Shown here: positions 21,377 to 31,002 of the stretch, one piece after another
How the letters are laid out: every line of letters begins with the position of its first letter
Numbering within the stretch: the first letter of the stretch is position 1
NCBI GenBank assembly: GCA_017476705.1
Contig: JAFUZI010000078.1
Span: 1 to 43,309, forward strand
Direction of reading: 5' to 3'
Origin: Bacilli bacterium
GTDB taxonomy: Bacteria > Bacillota_I > Bacilli_A > RF39 > UBA660
DNA: 43,309 nucleotides
The notes under the pieces: model-generated
What the model was told of the DNA's origin: nothing
The model's input: the letters and a program-made list of their open reading frames with translations, nothing else
Databases searched by the model: none
Translations under genes and position numbers: made by a program

Positions 21377-22651
21377 ATGTTTGCAACTGTTAAGCAAATA
21401 TTTAATCCCGCAAATAAAGATTTAAGAAAGAAGATTTACTTCACATTCTTATGTTTATTTGTATTTAAATTAGGTACTACAATCGTTGTACCTGGAATAG
21501 ACAAAGAAAGTTTAGGAACAGGAAATTTAGGTATCTTAGAGCTTATGAATGTCATGGGCGGAGGTGCCTTAGAAAAATTCTCAATTTTTGCATTAGGTGT
21601 TACACCTTATATCACTGCTCAAATAGTTATTCAACTACTTACTATGGATATAATTCCATACTTAGCAGAGTTATCTAAACAAGGTGGAACAGGTAGAGCG
21701 AAATTAAATCAAATTACTAGATATGTTGGTATAGCACTTGCCTTTATTCAAGGATATATGTTCTCATTTGCATTTGTACAAAATGGTACAGCAATTGATT
21801 ACTTAACATTTGCATTATTCTTAACAGCAGGTACTGCACTTCTACTTTGGATAGGAGATCAAATAACTGCTAAAGGAATTGGTAATGGTATATCATTAAT
21901 AATCATGGCAGGTATTATCGCATCTCTTCCAAGTAGTTTCTTAACTGCATGGCAAAATTTCGTTGTATCAGGTTCAACTCAAGTAGTTGCATTTGGTATA
22001 ACTAAGTTTATCCTATTTGTTATTATTTATGTAGCAATTATATTAGGAGTTGTTTATGTTGAAAGTGCTGAGAGAAGAGTTCCAATTCAATATGCTAACA
22101 AATCTAATGCCACTGCTTCTAAACAAAGTTATATTCCATTTAAATTAAACTCATCTGGGGTTATACCTGTTATATTTGCATCAGCACTTATATCAGTACC
22201 TGGATTATTATCTAATTTTATAAAAAATGATTCATTCACATTATTCGTTAATAAATATTTAACTACTGAGACAGTTACAGGATTTATAATTTATATAGCT
22301 TGTATCTTCGCATTCGCATATTTCTATACATTCCTACAATTAAAACCTACTGAATTATCAGAGAATTTAGGTAAGAATGGTGGATTTATTCCAGGTATTA
22401 GACCAGGAGAAGAAACAACAAATTATATTTCTAAAGTTTTAAAGAGAATTACAACAGTTGGTGCACTTGCATTATCAATTATTGCAGCACTTCCAATTAT
22501 CTTTGGAGCATTAACAGGACTTCCATCAAGCGTTAGAGTTGGTGGTACTGGTTTATTAATCGTTGTTGGAGTTGCACTTGAAACTTACAGACAAATTGAA
22601 TCAGAGTTAATAACTCGTAAATATCAAAGAGGAATAAGAGGTAGAAGATAA
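21377..22651 (+). CDS. secY: Preprotein translocase subunit SecY
   Basis: 424-aa 10-TM protein; spc operon position. Confidence 0.96.
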   Translation: MFATVKQIFNPANKDLRKKIYFTFLCLFVFKLGTTIVVPGIDKESLGTGNLGILELMNVMGGGALEKFSIFALGVTPYITAQIVIQLLTMDIIPYLAELSKQGGTGRAKLNQITRYVGIALAFIQGYMFSFAFVQNGTAIDYLTFALFLTAGTALLLWIGDQITAKGIGNGISLIIMAGIIASLPSSFLTAWQNFVVSGSTQVVAFGITKFILFVIIYVAIILGVVYVESAERRVPIQYANKSNATASKQSYIPFKLNSSGVIPVIFASALISVPGLLSNFIKNDSFTLFVNKYLTTETVTGFIIYIACIFAFAYFYTFLQLKPTELSENLGKNGGFIPGIRPGEETTNYISKVLKRITTVGALALSIIAALPIIFGALTGLPSSVRVGGTGLLIVVGVALETYRQIESELITRKYQRGIRGRR

Positions 22652-23274
22652 TGAATTTAATTTTAATTGCTCCTCCAGCTGCTGGAAAAGGAACACAATC
22701 AGAATTTATTTGTAATCACTACAACTTAAATCATTTATCAACTGGTGATTTACTTCGTGAAGTTGCTAGTAAAGATGATCCTAAGAGTTTAGAGATTAAA
22801 GAATTAATGAATAAAGGTATGTTAATTAGTGATGAAATCATTTTAGATTTAATAGAGAATAAAATAAAAGAAAACGAAGGTTTCGTCTTTGACGGATTCC
22901 CTAGAACTCTAAATCAAGCAGTTAGTTTTGATAAATTGTTAGAAAAACTTAATAAAAAAATAGATAAAGTTATCTATTTAACTGTTGATAAAGAAGTAGC
23001 ATCACAACGTATTGCAGGTAGATACGTATGTCCATCTTGTGGTTCAGTTTATAACTTTAAACCAGATGAAGAAATCACTCCATGTAAATGTGGTGAAGCT
23101 TTAATCAAAAGAAAAGATGACAATGTTGAAACTTTTGAAAAACGTTATGATGTTTATATGAATGAGACATTTCCAATTATAGATTTCTATAGAGAAAAAG
23201 GACTTATATCTGAAGTTGATAGTTCTAAAACACCAACTGAAGTCTTTGATGATATTAAAGCTGTTTTAGATTAA
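22651..23274 (+). CDS. adk: Adenylate kinase with a zinc-lid and an atypical P-loop
   Basis: …AAGKGTQ…, LID CPSCG…CKCG, DGFPRT motif. Confidence 0.93.
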   Translation: MNLILIAPPAAGKGTQSEFICNHYNLNHLSTGDLLREVASKDDPKSLEIKELMNKGMLISDEIILDLIENKIKENEGFVFDGFPRTLNQAVSFDKLLEKLNKKIDKVIYLTVDKEVASQRIAGRYVCPSCGSVYNFKPDEEITPCKCGEALIKRKDDNVETFEKRYDVYMNETFPIIDFYREKGLISEVDSSKTPTEVFDDIKAVLD

Positions 23275-23275
23275 T

Positions 23276-24022
23276 ATGATAAGTATAAAATCTGAAAGAG
23301 AAATTGAACTTTTAAAAGTAGCTGGCGAGATAGTGGGTAAAACTCATCATTATCTTGAGCCATTTATCAAGCCAGGTATAACTACTAAAGAGTTAGATAG
23401 ATTAGCAGAAGAATATATTTTAAGTCAAGGTTGTACTCCATCATTTAAAGGTTTATATGGTTTCCCTGGATCAATTTGCATTTCAATTAATGAAGAAGTA
23501 GTACATGGAATACCAAGTAATAGAAAACTTAAAAATGGTGATATAGTAACACTTGATATTGGTGCTTGTTATAAAGGTTATCATGGAGATTCTGCTTGGA
23601 CTTATGCCGTTGGTAAAATAAGCCCTAAAAAGGAAGCTTTAATGAAACAAACTGAAGAAGCATTGTTTGCTGGTCTATCTGTTATCAAAGATGGATGTCA
23701 CGTAGGAGATATTGGACACGCTGTTGAAGAGTGTGCTCATAAATATCATTTAGGTGTTGTTGAGGAACTAGTAGGTCATGGAGTTGGTAGTCAAGTTCAT
23801 GAAGAACCAGATGTTCCAAATTATGGAAAGAAAGGTACAGGTCCAGTTTTAAAAGAAGGTATGGTAATAGCTGTTGAACCAATGCTTAATATGGGTACTA
23901 AAGAAGTGTTCATGTTAGATGATGATTGGACAATAGTTACTGGAGATGATCTACCATCTGCTCACTTTGAACACACAGTTTTAGTTGAGAAGGATGGATA
24001 TACAATATTAACAAAGAGGTGA
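23276..24022 (+). CDS. map: Type I methionine aminopeptidase
   Basis: 248 aa; metal-ligand pattern …D.G…GYHGD…HG.G…EP…E.T. Ends with TGA. Confidence 0.95.
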   Translation: MISIKSEREIELLKVAGEIVGKTHHYLEPFIKPGITTKELDRLAEEYILSQGCTPSFKGLYGFPGSICISINEEVVHGIPSNRKLKNGDIVTLDIGACYKGYHGDSAWTYAVGKISPKKEALMKQTEEALFAGLSVIKDGCHVGDIGHAVEECAHKYHLGVVEELVGHGVGSQVHEEPDVPNYGKKGTGPVLKEGMVIAVEPMLNMGTKEVFMLDDDWTIVTGDDLPSAHFEHTVLVEKDGYTILTKR

Positions 24023-24026
24023 TTAT

Positions 24027-24290
24027 ATGCCAAAGAAGTTGAAATCACAAAAAGTAAATACTGAGGAAGTTAAAAAAAATAAAAATGCTATCGAAGTAGA
24101 CGGAAAAGTACTAGACGTTCTACCAGGTGGACAATTTAGAGTTGAACTTCCAAATAAGTATGTAGTTGTAGCTCATGTATCAGGTAAGATAAGACAAAAT
24201 AACATTCGTATTTTACCAGGTGACACAGTTACAATGGAATTATCAGAATACGATTTAACAAAAGGTCGTATAATCTGGAGAAAAATATAG
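24027..24290 (+). CDS. infA: Translation initiation factor IF-1 with an N-terminal extension of about 15 aa
   Basis: S1 domain …[31 protein letters not shown]. Confidence 0.93.
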   Translation: MPKKLKSQKVNTEEVKKNKNAIEVDGKVLDVLPGGQFRVELPNKYVVVAHVSGKIRQNNIRILPGDTVTMELSEYDLTKGRIIWRKI

Positions 24291-24369
24291 TACTATATGC
24301 ACTCACATTTCTATTAAAATCCAAAAAATGCATTTTAATAGGCTATATAGTATTTAGTAATATGTGAGT
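24291..24369 (+). promoter_or_regulatory. Highly structured infA-rpmJ spacer
   Basis: Three perfect 8-10-bp complementary pairs; see findings. Confidence 0.4.
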
Positions 24370-24385
24370 AATTAGGAGGGATAAT

Positions 24386-24499
24386 ATGAAAGTAAAAGCA
24401 TCAGTTAAACCAAGATGCCCTAAATGTAAGGTTATCAAACGTAAAGGCAAAATTGAGGTTATTTGTGAAAACCCTAAACATAAACAAAGACAAGGTTAA
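24386..24499 (+). CDS. rpmJ: 50S ribosomal protein bL36 (37 aa, absent from the ORF track)
   Basis: [37 protein letters not shown]; AGGAGG lies 6 nt upstream. Confidence 0.95.
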   Translation: MKVKASVKPRCPKCKVIKRKGKIEVICENPKHKQRQG

Positions 24500-24513
24500 T
24501 ATAGGAGGTTAAT

Positions 24514-24879
24514 ATGGCACGTATTAAAGGTGTAGATATACCAGATAATAAAAGAATCGTAATTTCTATGACTTATATCTATGGTATTGGTAGAAGCTTA
24601 TCTGAAAAAATATTAGCTGACGCTAAAATAGATGTAAATAGAAGAACTAAAGATTTATCAAATGACGAATTAAACTTAATTCGTGAACAATTAGATAAAT
24701 ACACTATCGAAGGTGATTTAAGACGTGAAGTTAATATGAATATTAAAACTAAAATGGAAATTAATTCATATGAAGGAACTCGTCATAAAAAAGGATTACC
24801 TGTTAGAGGACAAAGAACAAATAGAAACGCACGTACTCGTAAGGGTAAAGGAAAAACAGTCGCTAATAAGAAAAAATAA
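24514..24879 (+). CDS. rpsM: 30S ribosomal protein uS13
   Basis: [14 protein letters not shown]…. Confidence 0.96.
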   Translation: MARIKGVDIPDNKRIVISMTYIYGIGRSLSEKILADAKIDVNRRTKDLSNDELNLIREQLDKYTIEGDLRREVNMNIKTKMEINSYEGTRHKKGLPVRGQRTNRNARTRKGKGKTVANKKK

Positions 24880-24903
24880 GGTTAAATAAAGGAGGTTATT
24901 AGT

Positions 24904-25287
24904 ATGGCTTATAAAGCAAGAAAACGTAAAGTTAAAAAGAATGTACCAGAAGGTAGAGCTTATATCCATTCAACTTTCAATAACACTATTGTAACTATTA
25001 GTGATACTGAAGGTAATGCAATAAGCTGGGCTTCTGCAGGAACTTTAGGATTTAAAGGTAGTAAAAAATCAACTCCATTTGCTGCAGGTATGTCAGCTGA
25101 AGCTGCAGGAAAAGCAGCTTTCGATATGGGAATGAGAAAAGTAGAAGTATATGTTAAAGGACTAGGATCTGGTCGTGAAACTGCAATTAGATCTCTACAA
25201 ACTGCTGGTCTTGAAATATCATCAATCACTGATATAACACCTGTACCACATAATGGATGCCGTCCACCAAAACGTCCACGTGGATAA
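24904..25287 (+). CDS. rpsK: 30S ribosomal protein uS11
   Basis: …[16 protein letters not shown]…[11 protein letters not shown]-like C-terminus. Confidence 0.96.
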   Translation: MAYKARKRKVKKNVPEGRAYIHSTFNNTIVTISDTEGNAISWASAGTLGFKGSKKSTPFAAGMSAEAAGKAAFDMGMRKVEVYVKGLGSGRETAIRSLQTAGLEISSITDITPVPHNGCRPPKRPRG

Positions 25288-25307
25288 TAGAAAAGGAGTG
25301 TGTTAAA

Positions 25308-26258
25308 GTGTTAAACTTTGAAAAACCAATTTACAAAATTACAGATTATGTAGAAAATAATAACTATGGTAAATTTGAACTAGAACCACTTGAAAGAGGT
25401 TTTGGTATTACTTTAGGAAATGCACTTAGAAGAGTTATGTTATCAAGCATGCCAGGAAGCGCTATCGTTGCTGTTAAAATTGATGGTGTAATGCACGAAT
25501 TCCAAACTATGGAAGGTGTTGTTGAAGATGTTACAACTATCATTTTAAACTTAAAAAATGTTGTTGTTAAAAACAATACTGATGGTGTAGTTACAGCTAA
25601 ACTTTCTGTTAATGAAGAGAGAGTTGTTACAGCTGCTGATATCAAATCTACTGACGATGTTGAAATCGTTAATCCAGACCAAGTAATTGCTACTTTATCT
25701 AAAGGTGGAAAACTTGATATGGAATTATTAATTGCTAATGGACGTGGTTATGTTCCATCAACAGAAAACAAAAAATTCGTTGAAGATGCAAAAATCGGAT
25801 TTATTCCAATTGACGCTTTATATTCTCCAATTGAAAGAATTAGTTGTGACGTTGAGGATGCACGTGTTGGACAAGATTCAACTTATGATAAACTAATTGT
25901 TAATGTTTATACAAATGGATCAATTCGCCCTGAAGAAGCTATGGCTTTAGGCGCTAAAATCTTAATAGAACACTTAAACATTATTACTAATTTAAGTGAA
26001 ATAGCTGATACTACAGGAGTAATGAATGCTAAACAAGAAGATTCAAAAATCAAAAAATTAGAAACTTCTATTGATGATTTAGATTTCTCTGTTAGAGCTT
26101 ATAACTGTTTAAAAAGAGCAGGTATCAATACTCTTGGAGATTTAACTGAAAAAACTGAATTAGAAATGATGAAGATAAGAAATTTAGGTAAAAAATCTTT
26201 AAAAGAAGTTATTGATAAAATTAAAGATATGGGACTTAAATTCAGAGATGAAGATTAA
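25308..26258 (+). CDS. rpoA: DNA-directed RNA polymerase alpha subunit
   Basis: GTG 25308 follows AAAGGAG: VLNFEKP…[27 protein letters not shown]. The ORF-track start 25257 lies inside rpsK. Confidence 0.94.
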   Translation: MLNFEKPIYKITDYVENNNYGKFELEPLERGFGITLGNALRRVMLSSMPGSAIVAVKIDGVMHEFQTMEGVVEDVTTIILNLKNVVVKNNTDGVVTAKLSVNEERVVTAADIKSTDDVEIVNPDQVIATLSKGGKLDMELLIANGRGYVPSTENKKFVEDAKIGFIPIDALYSPIERISCDVEDARVGQDSTYDKLIVNVYTNGSIRPEEAMALGAKILIEHLNIITNLSEIADTTGVMNAKQEDSKIKKLETSIDDLDFSVRAYNCLKRAGINTLGDLTEKTELEMMKIRNLGKKSLKEVIDKIKDMGLKFRDED

Positions 26259-26269
26259 GGAGGTATAGT

Positions 26270-26626
26270 ATGGCTTATAGAAAATTAGGTCGTGATAATA
26301 AACACAGAAGAAGTATGTTAGCTAACCTTACTAGACAACTTATCATGAATGAAAAAATCGAAACTACTGAAACTAGAGCTAAAGAAGCACGTAAGTTCAT
26401 TGATAAAATGATCACTTATGGTAAAAAAGGTGACTTAGTTTCAAGAAGAAAAGCATTAGCTTTTATGCAAAATGATACAGTTGCTACTAAAAAAGTTTTT
26501 GATGACTTAGCAAAACGTTTTGCTAACAGAAATGGTGGATATACAAGAATTCTTAAATTAGATGAACGTAGAGGCGATGACGCTTTAATGGTTATCTTAG
26601 AATTAGTTGAAGAGGATGCTAAATAA
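26270..26626 (+). CDS. rplQ: 50S ribosomal protein bL17
   Basis: [20 protein letters not shown]…. Confidence 0.96.
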   Translation: MAYRKLGRDNKHRRSMLANLTRQLIMNEKIETTETRAKEARKFIDKMITYGKKGDLVSRRKALAFMQNDTVATKKVFDDLAKRFANRNGGYTRILKLDERRGDDALMVILELVEEDAK

Positions 26627-26637
26627 GCATTCTTTTT
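26614..26637 (+). terminator. Weak intrinsic terminator overlapping the rplQ stop
   Basis: GGATGC (26614-26619) / GCATTC (26627-26632, one G-U pair) followed by T5. Confidence 0.35.
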
Positions 26638-26695
26638 AATTTGACATATGAAAAAAATATGTTAAAATATATATCGTTAATTAAAGGGGGATATT

Positions 26696-27205
26696 ATGAA
26701 TTATACTAAAATTGAACAACTTGTTTATGAAGATGAAATGATGGAATTAAAAAATAAAAATATTTTAAATTCTACACTTTTAAAATTAGAAGAAAATAGA
26801 GAATATAGAAATCAATATTTTGGTACAGACTTATCTAAATATAATGCTGATAATTATGCTAATTTAAAAAAACTATATTATAGTGAGTTAGATAAAAAAG
26901 ATAAACTTGAATATATTGCTTCAAAGTTAGCTAAATTTAATATTAATAGTGATAAATTAGATAATTTAATTGATACATTAGATGTTTGTTCAAAAATAAA
27001 AAAAGAGCGTTTTGAAAAGTTTAGAACAGATTTATCATATCTTTTATATTTAGGTATTATTAGTAAAAGAGAAGCTGTTAAAAGAGGCTTTACTTCAAAG
27101 GATATAAAGAGATTAAAAAATAGAGCTTCTTGTGAAATGGCAGATGTCATTGATGCATATATAGATGCTTCTAATTCAGAAAAACAAATAATAAAGAAAA
27201 AATAA
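26696..27205 (+). CDS. Hypothetical protein (169 aa, helical, K/E-rich); no family recognised
   Basis: Intact ORF with SD AAAGGGGGA, its own promoter-like TTGACA…TAAAAT upstream, and a terminator downstream. Confidence 0.5.
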   Translation: MNYTKIEQLVYEDEMMELKNKNILNSTLLKLEENREYRNQYFGTDLSKYNADNYANLKKLYYSELDKKDKLEYIASKLAKFNINSDKLDNLIDTLDVCSKIKKERFEKFRTDLSYLLYLGIISKREAVKRGFTSKDIKRLKNRASCEMADVIDAYIDASNSEKQIIKKK

Positions 27206-27225
27206 GTGCTAATAGCACTTTTTTA
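27204..27225 (+). terminator. Intrinsic terminator
   Basis: AAGTGCT / AGCACTT stem followed by a T-run. Confidence 0.55.
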
Positions 27226-27290
27226 TTTTCATATTAATTTATTTTCTTTACTTTTTTTACTATTTTTAATATAATTAAAGTGGTGATAAT

Positions 27291-28037
27291 ATGAAAGCAC
27301 TTGTAACTGGTGCATCTAGTGGAATCGGTAAGGATATAGCAATTGCGTTATCTGATATGGGATATGATTTAATACTAGTTGCTAGAAGAAAAACAAAACT
27401 TGAACAATTAAAAAAACAATTACCTGGTAAAACTCAAATAATAGTAATGGACTTATCTTCAACTGCTAATTGTATGAAACTTTATGATAAAGTTAAAAAA
27501 GAGGATATTGAAGTTGTAGTTAATAATGCTGGATTTGGTTTGTTTGGTGAATTTGATAAAACAAATTTAGATAAAGAACTTGATATGATTGATACTAACA
27601 TCAAAGCTGTTCATATTTTAACAAAACTTTTCTTAAAAGATTTTAAAGAAAAAGATTCTGGATATATTTTAAATGTTGCATCTTCTGCAGGATTTTTATC
27701 AGGTCCTTTAATGGCAACTTATTATGCTACAAAAGGATATGTTTTAAAATTAACTGAGGCAATTTATGAAGAACTAAGAAGAGATGGGTCAAACGTATAT
27801 ATTGGTGCTTTATGCCCTGGACCTGTTGATACAGAATTTAATAAAGTTGCTAAAGTTAAATTTAGTATAAAACCAATGACAAGTGAGAAAGTAGCTGAAT
27901 ATGCAGTTGATCAAATGTTAAAGAAAAAATTAGTCATTATTCCAGGATTTAAAACTAAATTTGTAAGATTTGCTGGGTTAATTCCAAGAAAACTTTTACT
28001 TAGACTCAATTATAATGTTCAGAAAAAGAAGGATTAA
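27291..28037 (+). CDS. Short-chain dehydrogenase/reductase (SDR)
   Basis: TGASSGIG cofactor motif, NNAG, catalytic YYATKGY (YxxxK). Confidence 0.88.
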   Translation: MKALVTGASSGIGKDIAIALSDMGYDLILVARRKTKLEQLKKQLPGKTQIIVMDLSSTANCMKLYDKVKKEDIEVVVNNAGFGLFGEFDKTNLDKELDMIDTNIKAVHILTKLFLKDFKEKDSGYILNVASSAGFLSGPLMATYYATKGYVLKLTEAIYEELRRDGSNVYIGALCPGPVDTEFNKVAKVKFSIKPMTSEKVAEYAVDQMLKKKLVIIPGFKTKFVRFAGLIPRKLLLRLNYNVQKKKD

Positions 28038-28038
28038 T

Positions 28039-28653
28039 ATGAATAATAAGGGTTTAACACTTATTGAAGTTATTGCTGTATTGGTTGTATTATCTATTAT
28101 TGCTTTAATAGTAACACCTAATATAGCTGTTAGTATAAATGATTATAAAGAAAGAATACTTGAGTCTCAATTAAGTAGTGTAAAAGGAGCAACCAAGAAT
28201 TGGGTTGCTGATAATATAGAAAAAGTAACATGTGCTAGTGATGATTTATCTGCTCTTATGGTTGATTTAAATACTCTATATACTGGAGCATATATTGATG
28301 ATAAACTATTAAATTCAAATGGTGGTCATTTAGATGCAGATAAAACATTTGGATTAGTTGCTTGTAAAGTAATAGAAGATGAAACAAATAATTATGCAAC
28401 AAATTATAAATACGAATATGGAGCATATTTGGATTTAGATGATTATTTAAAAAAAATGGCTATCGAATATGTGAAAGATCATACGAAATATAATGCTGAT
28501 GTATCAACAGATGATCTAAAAGGCGATGGTTATATTTATCAGTCAATTGTTAAAACAAATGGTTCTTTTGTAACAATCCCAGAAAAGACAATTGCAGTCA
28601 CTGTTGATAATTCATCTGATGGAAGTACTACTTATTCTGCAACAATAAAATAA
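28039..28653 (+). CDS. Type IV pilin / pseudopilin-like protein (prepilin-type N-terminal cleavage/methylation domain)
   Basis: MNNKG|LTLIEVIAVLVVLSIIALIV class III signal with Glu+5. ATG 28039 follows AAGAAGGA, so I rejected the ORF-track start 28015. Confidence 0.8.
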   Translation: MNNKGLTLIEVIAVLVVLSIIALIVTPNIAVSINDYKERILESQLSSVKGATKNWVADNIEKVTCASDDLSALMVDLNTLYTGAYIDDKLLNSNGGHLDADKTFGLVACKVIEDETNNYATNYKYEYGAYLDLDDYLKKMAIEYVKDHTKYNADVSTDDLKGDGYIYQSIVKTNGSFVTIPEKTIAVTVDNSSDGSTTYSATIK

Positions 28654-28675
28654 AAGGTCAAATTGGCCTTTTTTT
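28652..28675 (+). terminator. Intrinsic terminator after the pilin-like gene
   Basis: AAAAGGTC / GGCCTTTT stem (one G-U pair), loop AAATT, then a T-run. Confidence 0.6.
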
Positions 28676-28730
28676 GTGGAAAATTATTTATATTTATAAT
28701 ATAATAGAAAATAGAACTTTGAGGTGGATT

Positions 28731-29342
28731 ATGAGTAAGTTAAATGAAAAAAACAAATTTGAAATTATTCCTAATTCTAAAACGGTTATATTATGTACAA
28801 ATAATGTTGATATAATAAAATTATCTAAATCAATTATAAATGATAATTCATTAGTTATTACAACTAAAGCTAAAGACATAGCATTAGATTCAAAATGTGA
28901 AAAACTTGTTAGATTACTTAAAATTGATGATTTATTTAACTATAATTTTGATACATTAAGTATTGGTGAAAAACAAATGTGTCAGGTGTGTAAAGCATTG
29001 TCATCAGATAAGAATACAATTATTATGGCAGATGCAATTTCTAATGTCGCATGTATTAATAAAGATATAGTATTTAAATTTTTAAAAAAAGTTAATAAGA
29101 CTGTAATATATATTACAAGCAACAAAGAAGATATAATGTATTTTGATAGATTAATATTATATGATGGAGAGGTTTTAATAAACGATAAACTTAATAATTC
29201 TTTTGAAAAGGAGAAGGAATTTAAAAAAGCAGGATTTAATCTTCCATTTATGATAGATTTATCTTTAAAACTTAAGTACTATAATTTGGTAAGCAAACCA
29301 ATTACTTCTATGAGTAGGATGGTGAACAAATTATGGAAATAA
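28731..29342 (+). CDS. EcfA-like ABC ATPase homologue, truncated and catalytically degenerate
   Basis: No Walker A. Signature LSIGEKQ, Walker B IIMADA, H-loop His replaced (YITSN). EcfA-type C-terminus GFNLPFMIDLSLKLK. ATG 28731 follows GAGGTGG. Confidence 0.65.
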   Translation: MSKLNEKNKFEIIPNSKTVILCTNNVDIIKLSKSIINDNSLVITTKAKDIALDSKCEKLVRLLKIDDLFNYNFDTLSIGEKQMCQVCKALSSDKNTIIMADAISNVACINKDIVFKFLKKVNKTVIYITSNKEDIMYFDRLILYDGEVLINDKLNNSFEKEKEFKKAGFNLPFMIDLSLKLKYYNLVSKPITSMSRMVNKLWK

Positions 29343-30118
29343 ATATTAAGAATTTATCATACAGCTACAAAAAAGTGAATTATCAAGAAAGAATAATTTT
29401 TAATAAGTTAAACATGAATCTAAAAGATGGTATTAATTTTGTTATTGGCGCTAATGGCACAGGTAAGACAACCTTATTAAATTTAGTATCTGGAGAATTA
29501 AAAACTGAATCTATAGAAATGCCTAAACGAGTTAAAATAGGATTTATAAAAGGTAATCCAGAATTTGTAGCTGAGACAGTTAGAGAAGAGTTAATTAATT
29601 CTATGTTAGAACATAATTATCAAGTAAGTGAAAAAAGAATAATTGATGTATTACTAATGGTTGGAATTGATATAGAAAAAATTGATACTAGTATTAAATC
29701 TTTATCTTTGTTTGATAAAAAACTATTATCTTTAGCGTCTGCTCTTATATATAACCCTAATTTAATACTTATAGACAATTTTACTGAAGAGTTAGATGAT
29801 TTTAATAAGAATAAGATTATTAAACTTATAAAGATGCTTAAAACACGTTATAATAAGACTTTCTTAATTGCGTCAAATGATCTTGAATTTGTTAATAAAA
29901 TAGCTGATAAAGTGTTTGTTTTATATGATAAAAAAGTAGTTATGCATGGAAATAAATATGATGTATTTAAATGTGATGATAAATTAAAAAAATATAATGT
30001 TGATGTACCTAACATAATAAAATTTGAAAATATGGTTTTAAAAACAAAAAATATAAGATTGGGTTATAGAGATGAAATAAACGATTTGATAAAAGATATA
30101 TATAGGCATTCTTATTAA
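29333..30118 (+). CDS. EcfA'-like ABC ATPase homologue with degenerate catalytic motifs
   Basis: Walker A GANGTGKTT is intact. Q-loop Gln is absent, the signature is LSLFDKK, Walker B is LILIDNFTEE, and the H-loop is IASND. Confidence 0.65.
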   Translation: MEINIKNLSYSYKKVNYQERIIFNKLNMNLKDGINFVIGANGTGKTTLLNLVSGELKTESIEMPKRVKIGFIKGNPEFVAETVREELINSMLEHNYQVSEKRIIDVLLMVGIDIEKIDTSIKSLSLFDKKLLSLASALIYNPNLILIDNFTEELDDFNKNKIIKLIKMLKTRYNKTFLIASNDLEFVNKIADKVFVLYDKKVVMHGNKYDVFKCDDKLKKYNVDVPNIIKFENMVLKTKNIRLGYRDEINDLIKDIYRHSY

Positions 30119-30129
30119 GGAGGATAAAT

Positions 30130-30858
30130 ATGAGATATTTACTTACATTTTCATATGATGGAACATTGTTTTTTGGATATCAAAAGCAGAATGGTAAAAG
30201 ATCTGTTCAAGAAGAGGTAGAGAGTGTTTTATCTAAGATAAATAATGAAAAAACTGTTATATCAGCAAGTGGTAGAACAGATAGAGGTGTGCATGCATTA
30301 AATCAAAAAGCACATTTTGATAGCCCTAAAACATTTGATTTAGATAGACTTAGACATTCTATGAATAAAATGCTTCCTCCAGATATTTTTATTAAAAATA
30401 TTGAAAATGTAAGTGACACTTTCCATGCTAGATTTGATGTTGTTAAAAAAGAATATGTATATAAGATAAATGTTGGTGAATATAATCCATTAGATAGAAA
30501 CTACGTATATCAATATAATTGGAAATTAGATGTTGATAAAATGCGTGATGCAATTAAGTATTTTGTTGGAACACATAACTTTAAATCTGTAACAAAGACT
30601 ATTACTGAAGAAAAAGATTATGTAAGAACAATATATGATGCATCTATTGAATTTGATAATAATATTATTACTATTACATTTAGTGGTAGCGGTTTTATGA
30701 GGTATATGGTAAGAAATATGGTAGGACTTTTAATAGCTGTTGGTGAGTCTAAAATAGAGCCTTCTGATATTTCTTCAATTCTAGATAAAGAAAATAGAAT
30801 ATTTGCCAAAAAAACCGCACCATCTGAGGGATTATATCTTAAAAATGTATATTACTAA
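30130..30858 (+). CDS. truA: tRNA pseudouridine(38-40) synthase
   Basis: GRTDRGVHA catalytic motif; 242 aa; canonical position upstream of rplM. Confidence 0.93.
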   Translation: MRYLLTFSYDGTLFFGYQKQNGKRSVQEEVESVLSKINNEKTVISASGRTDRGVHALNQKAHFDSPKTFDLDRLRHSMNKMLPPDIFIKNIENVSDTFHARFDVVKKEYVYKINVGEYNPLDRNYVYQYNWKLDVDKMRDAIKYFVGTHNFKSVTKTITEEKDYVRTIYDASIEFDNNIITITFSGSGFMRYMVRNMVGLLIAVGESKIEPSDISSILDKENRIFAKKTAPSEGLYLKNVYY

Positions 30859-30883
30859 AATTTAAGAAATTGCCTTAAATTTA

Positions 30884-30912
30884 TTGACAAATAGCTTGTT
30901 TTTTAGTACAAT
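30884..30912 (+). promoter_or_regulatory. SigmaA-type promoter of rplM-rpsI
   Basis: TTGACA (30884-30889), 17-nt spacer, TACAAT (30907-30912). Confidence 0.6.
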
Positions 30913-30918
30913 TTAACT

Positions 30919-31002
30919 TGGTACATTTATTAAATCCCATCGAGATAAATATTGGGAACATTTATCTCAAAAAAAATCTATTATTTAGAAAGGGAAAATA
31001 TT
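30919..31002 (+). promoter_or_regulatory. rplM 5' leader with a stable hairpin (L13-leader-like)
   Basis: 9-bp stem GAGATAAAT (30942-30950) / ATTTATCTC (30960-30968). An alternative CCCA (30936-30939) / TGGG (30953-30956) pairing competes with it. Confidence 0.4.

Noticed and set aside
5241-31002. N-terminally extended starts given by the ORF track for soj (5241), rplV (15691), rplP (16607), rpmC (17121), rpoA (25257), pilin (28015), ecfA-like (28674), rplM (30952), the 33100 ORF, the 34102 ORF and ftsK-like (36980)
   Set aside because: The extensions overlap upstream genes or promoters and lack an SD. Internal ATG/GTG codons sit 5-10 nt after GGAGG-type SDs and give canonical family N-termini.
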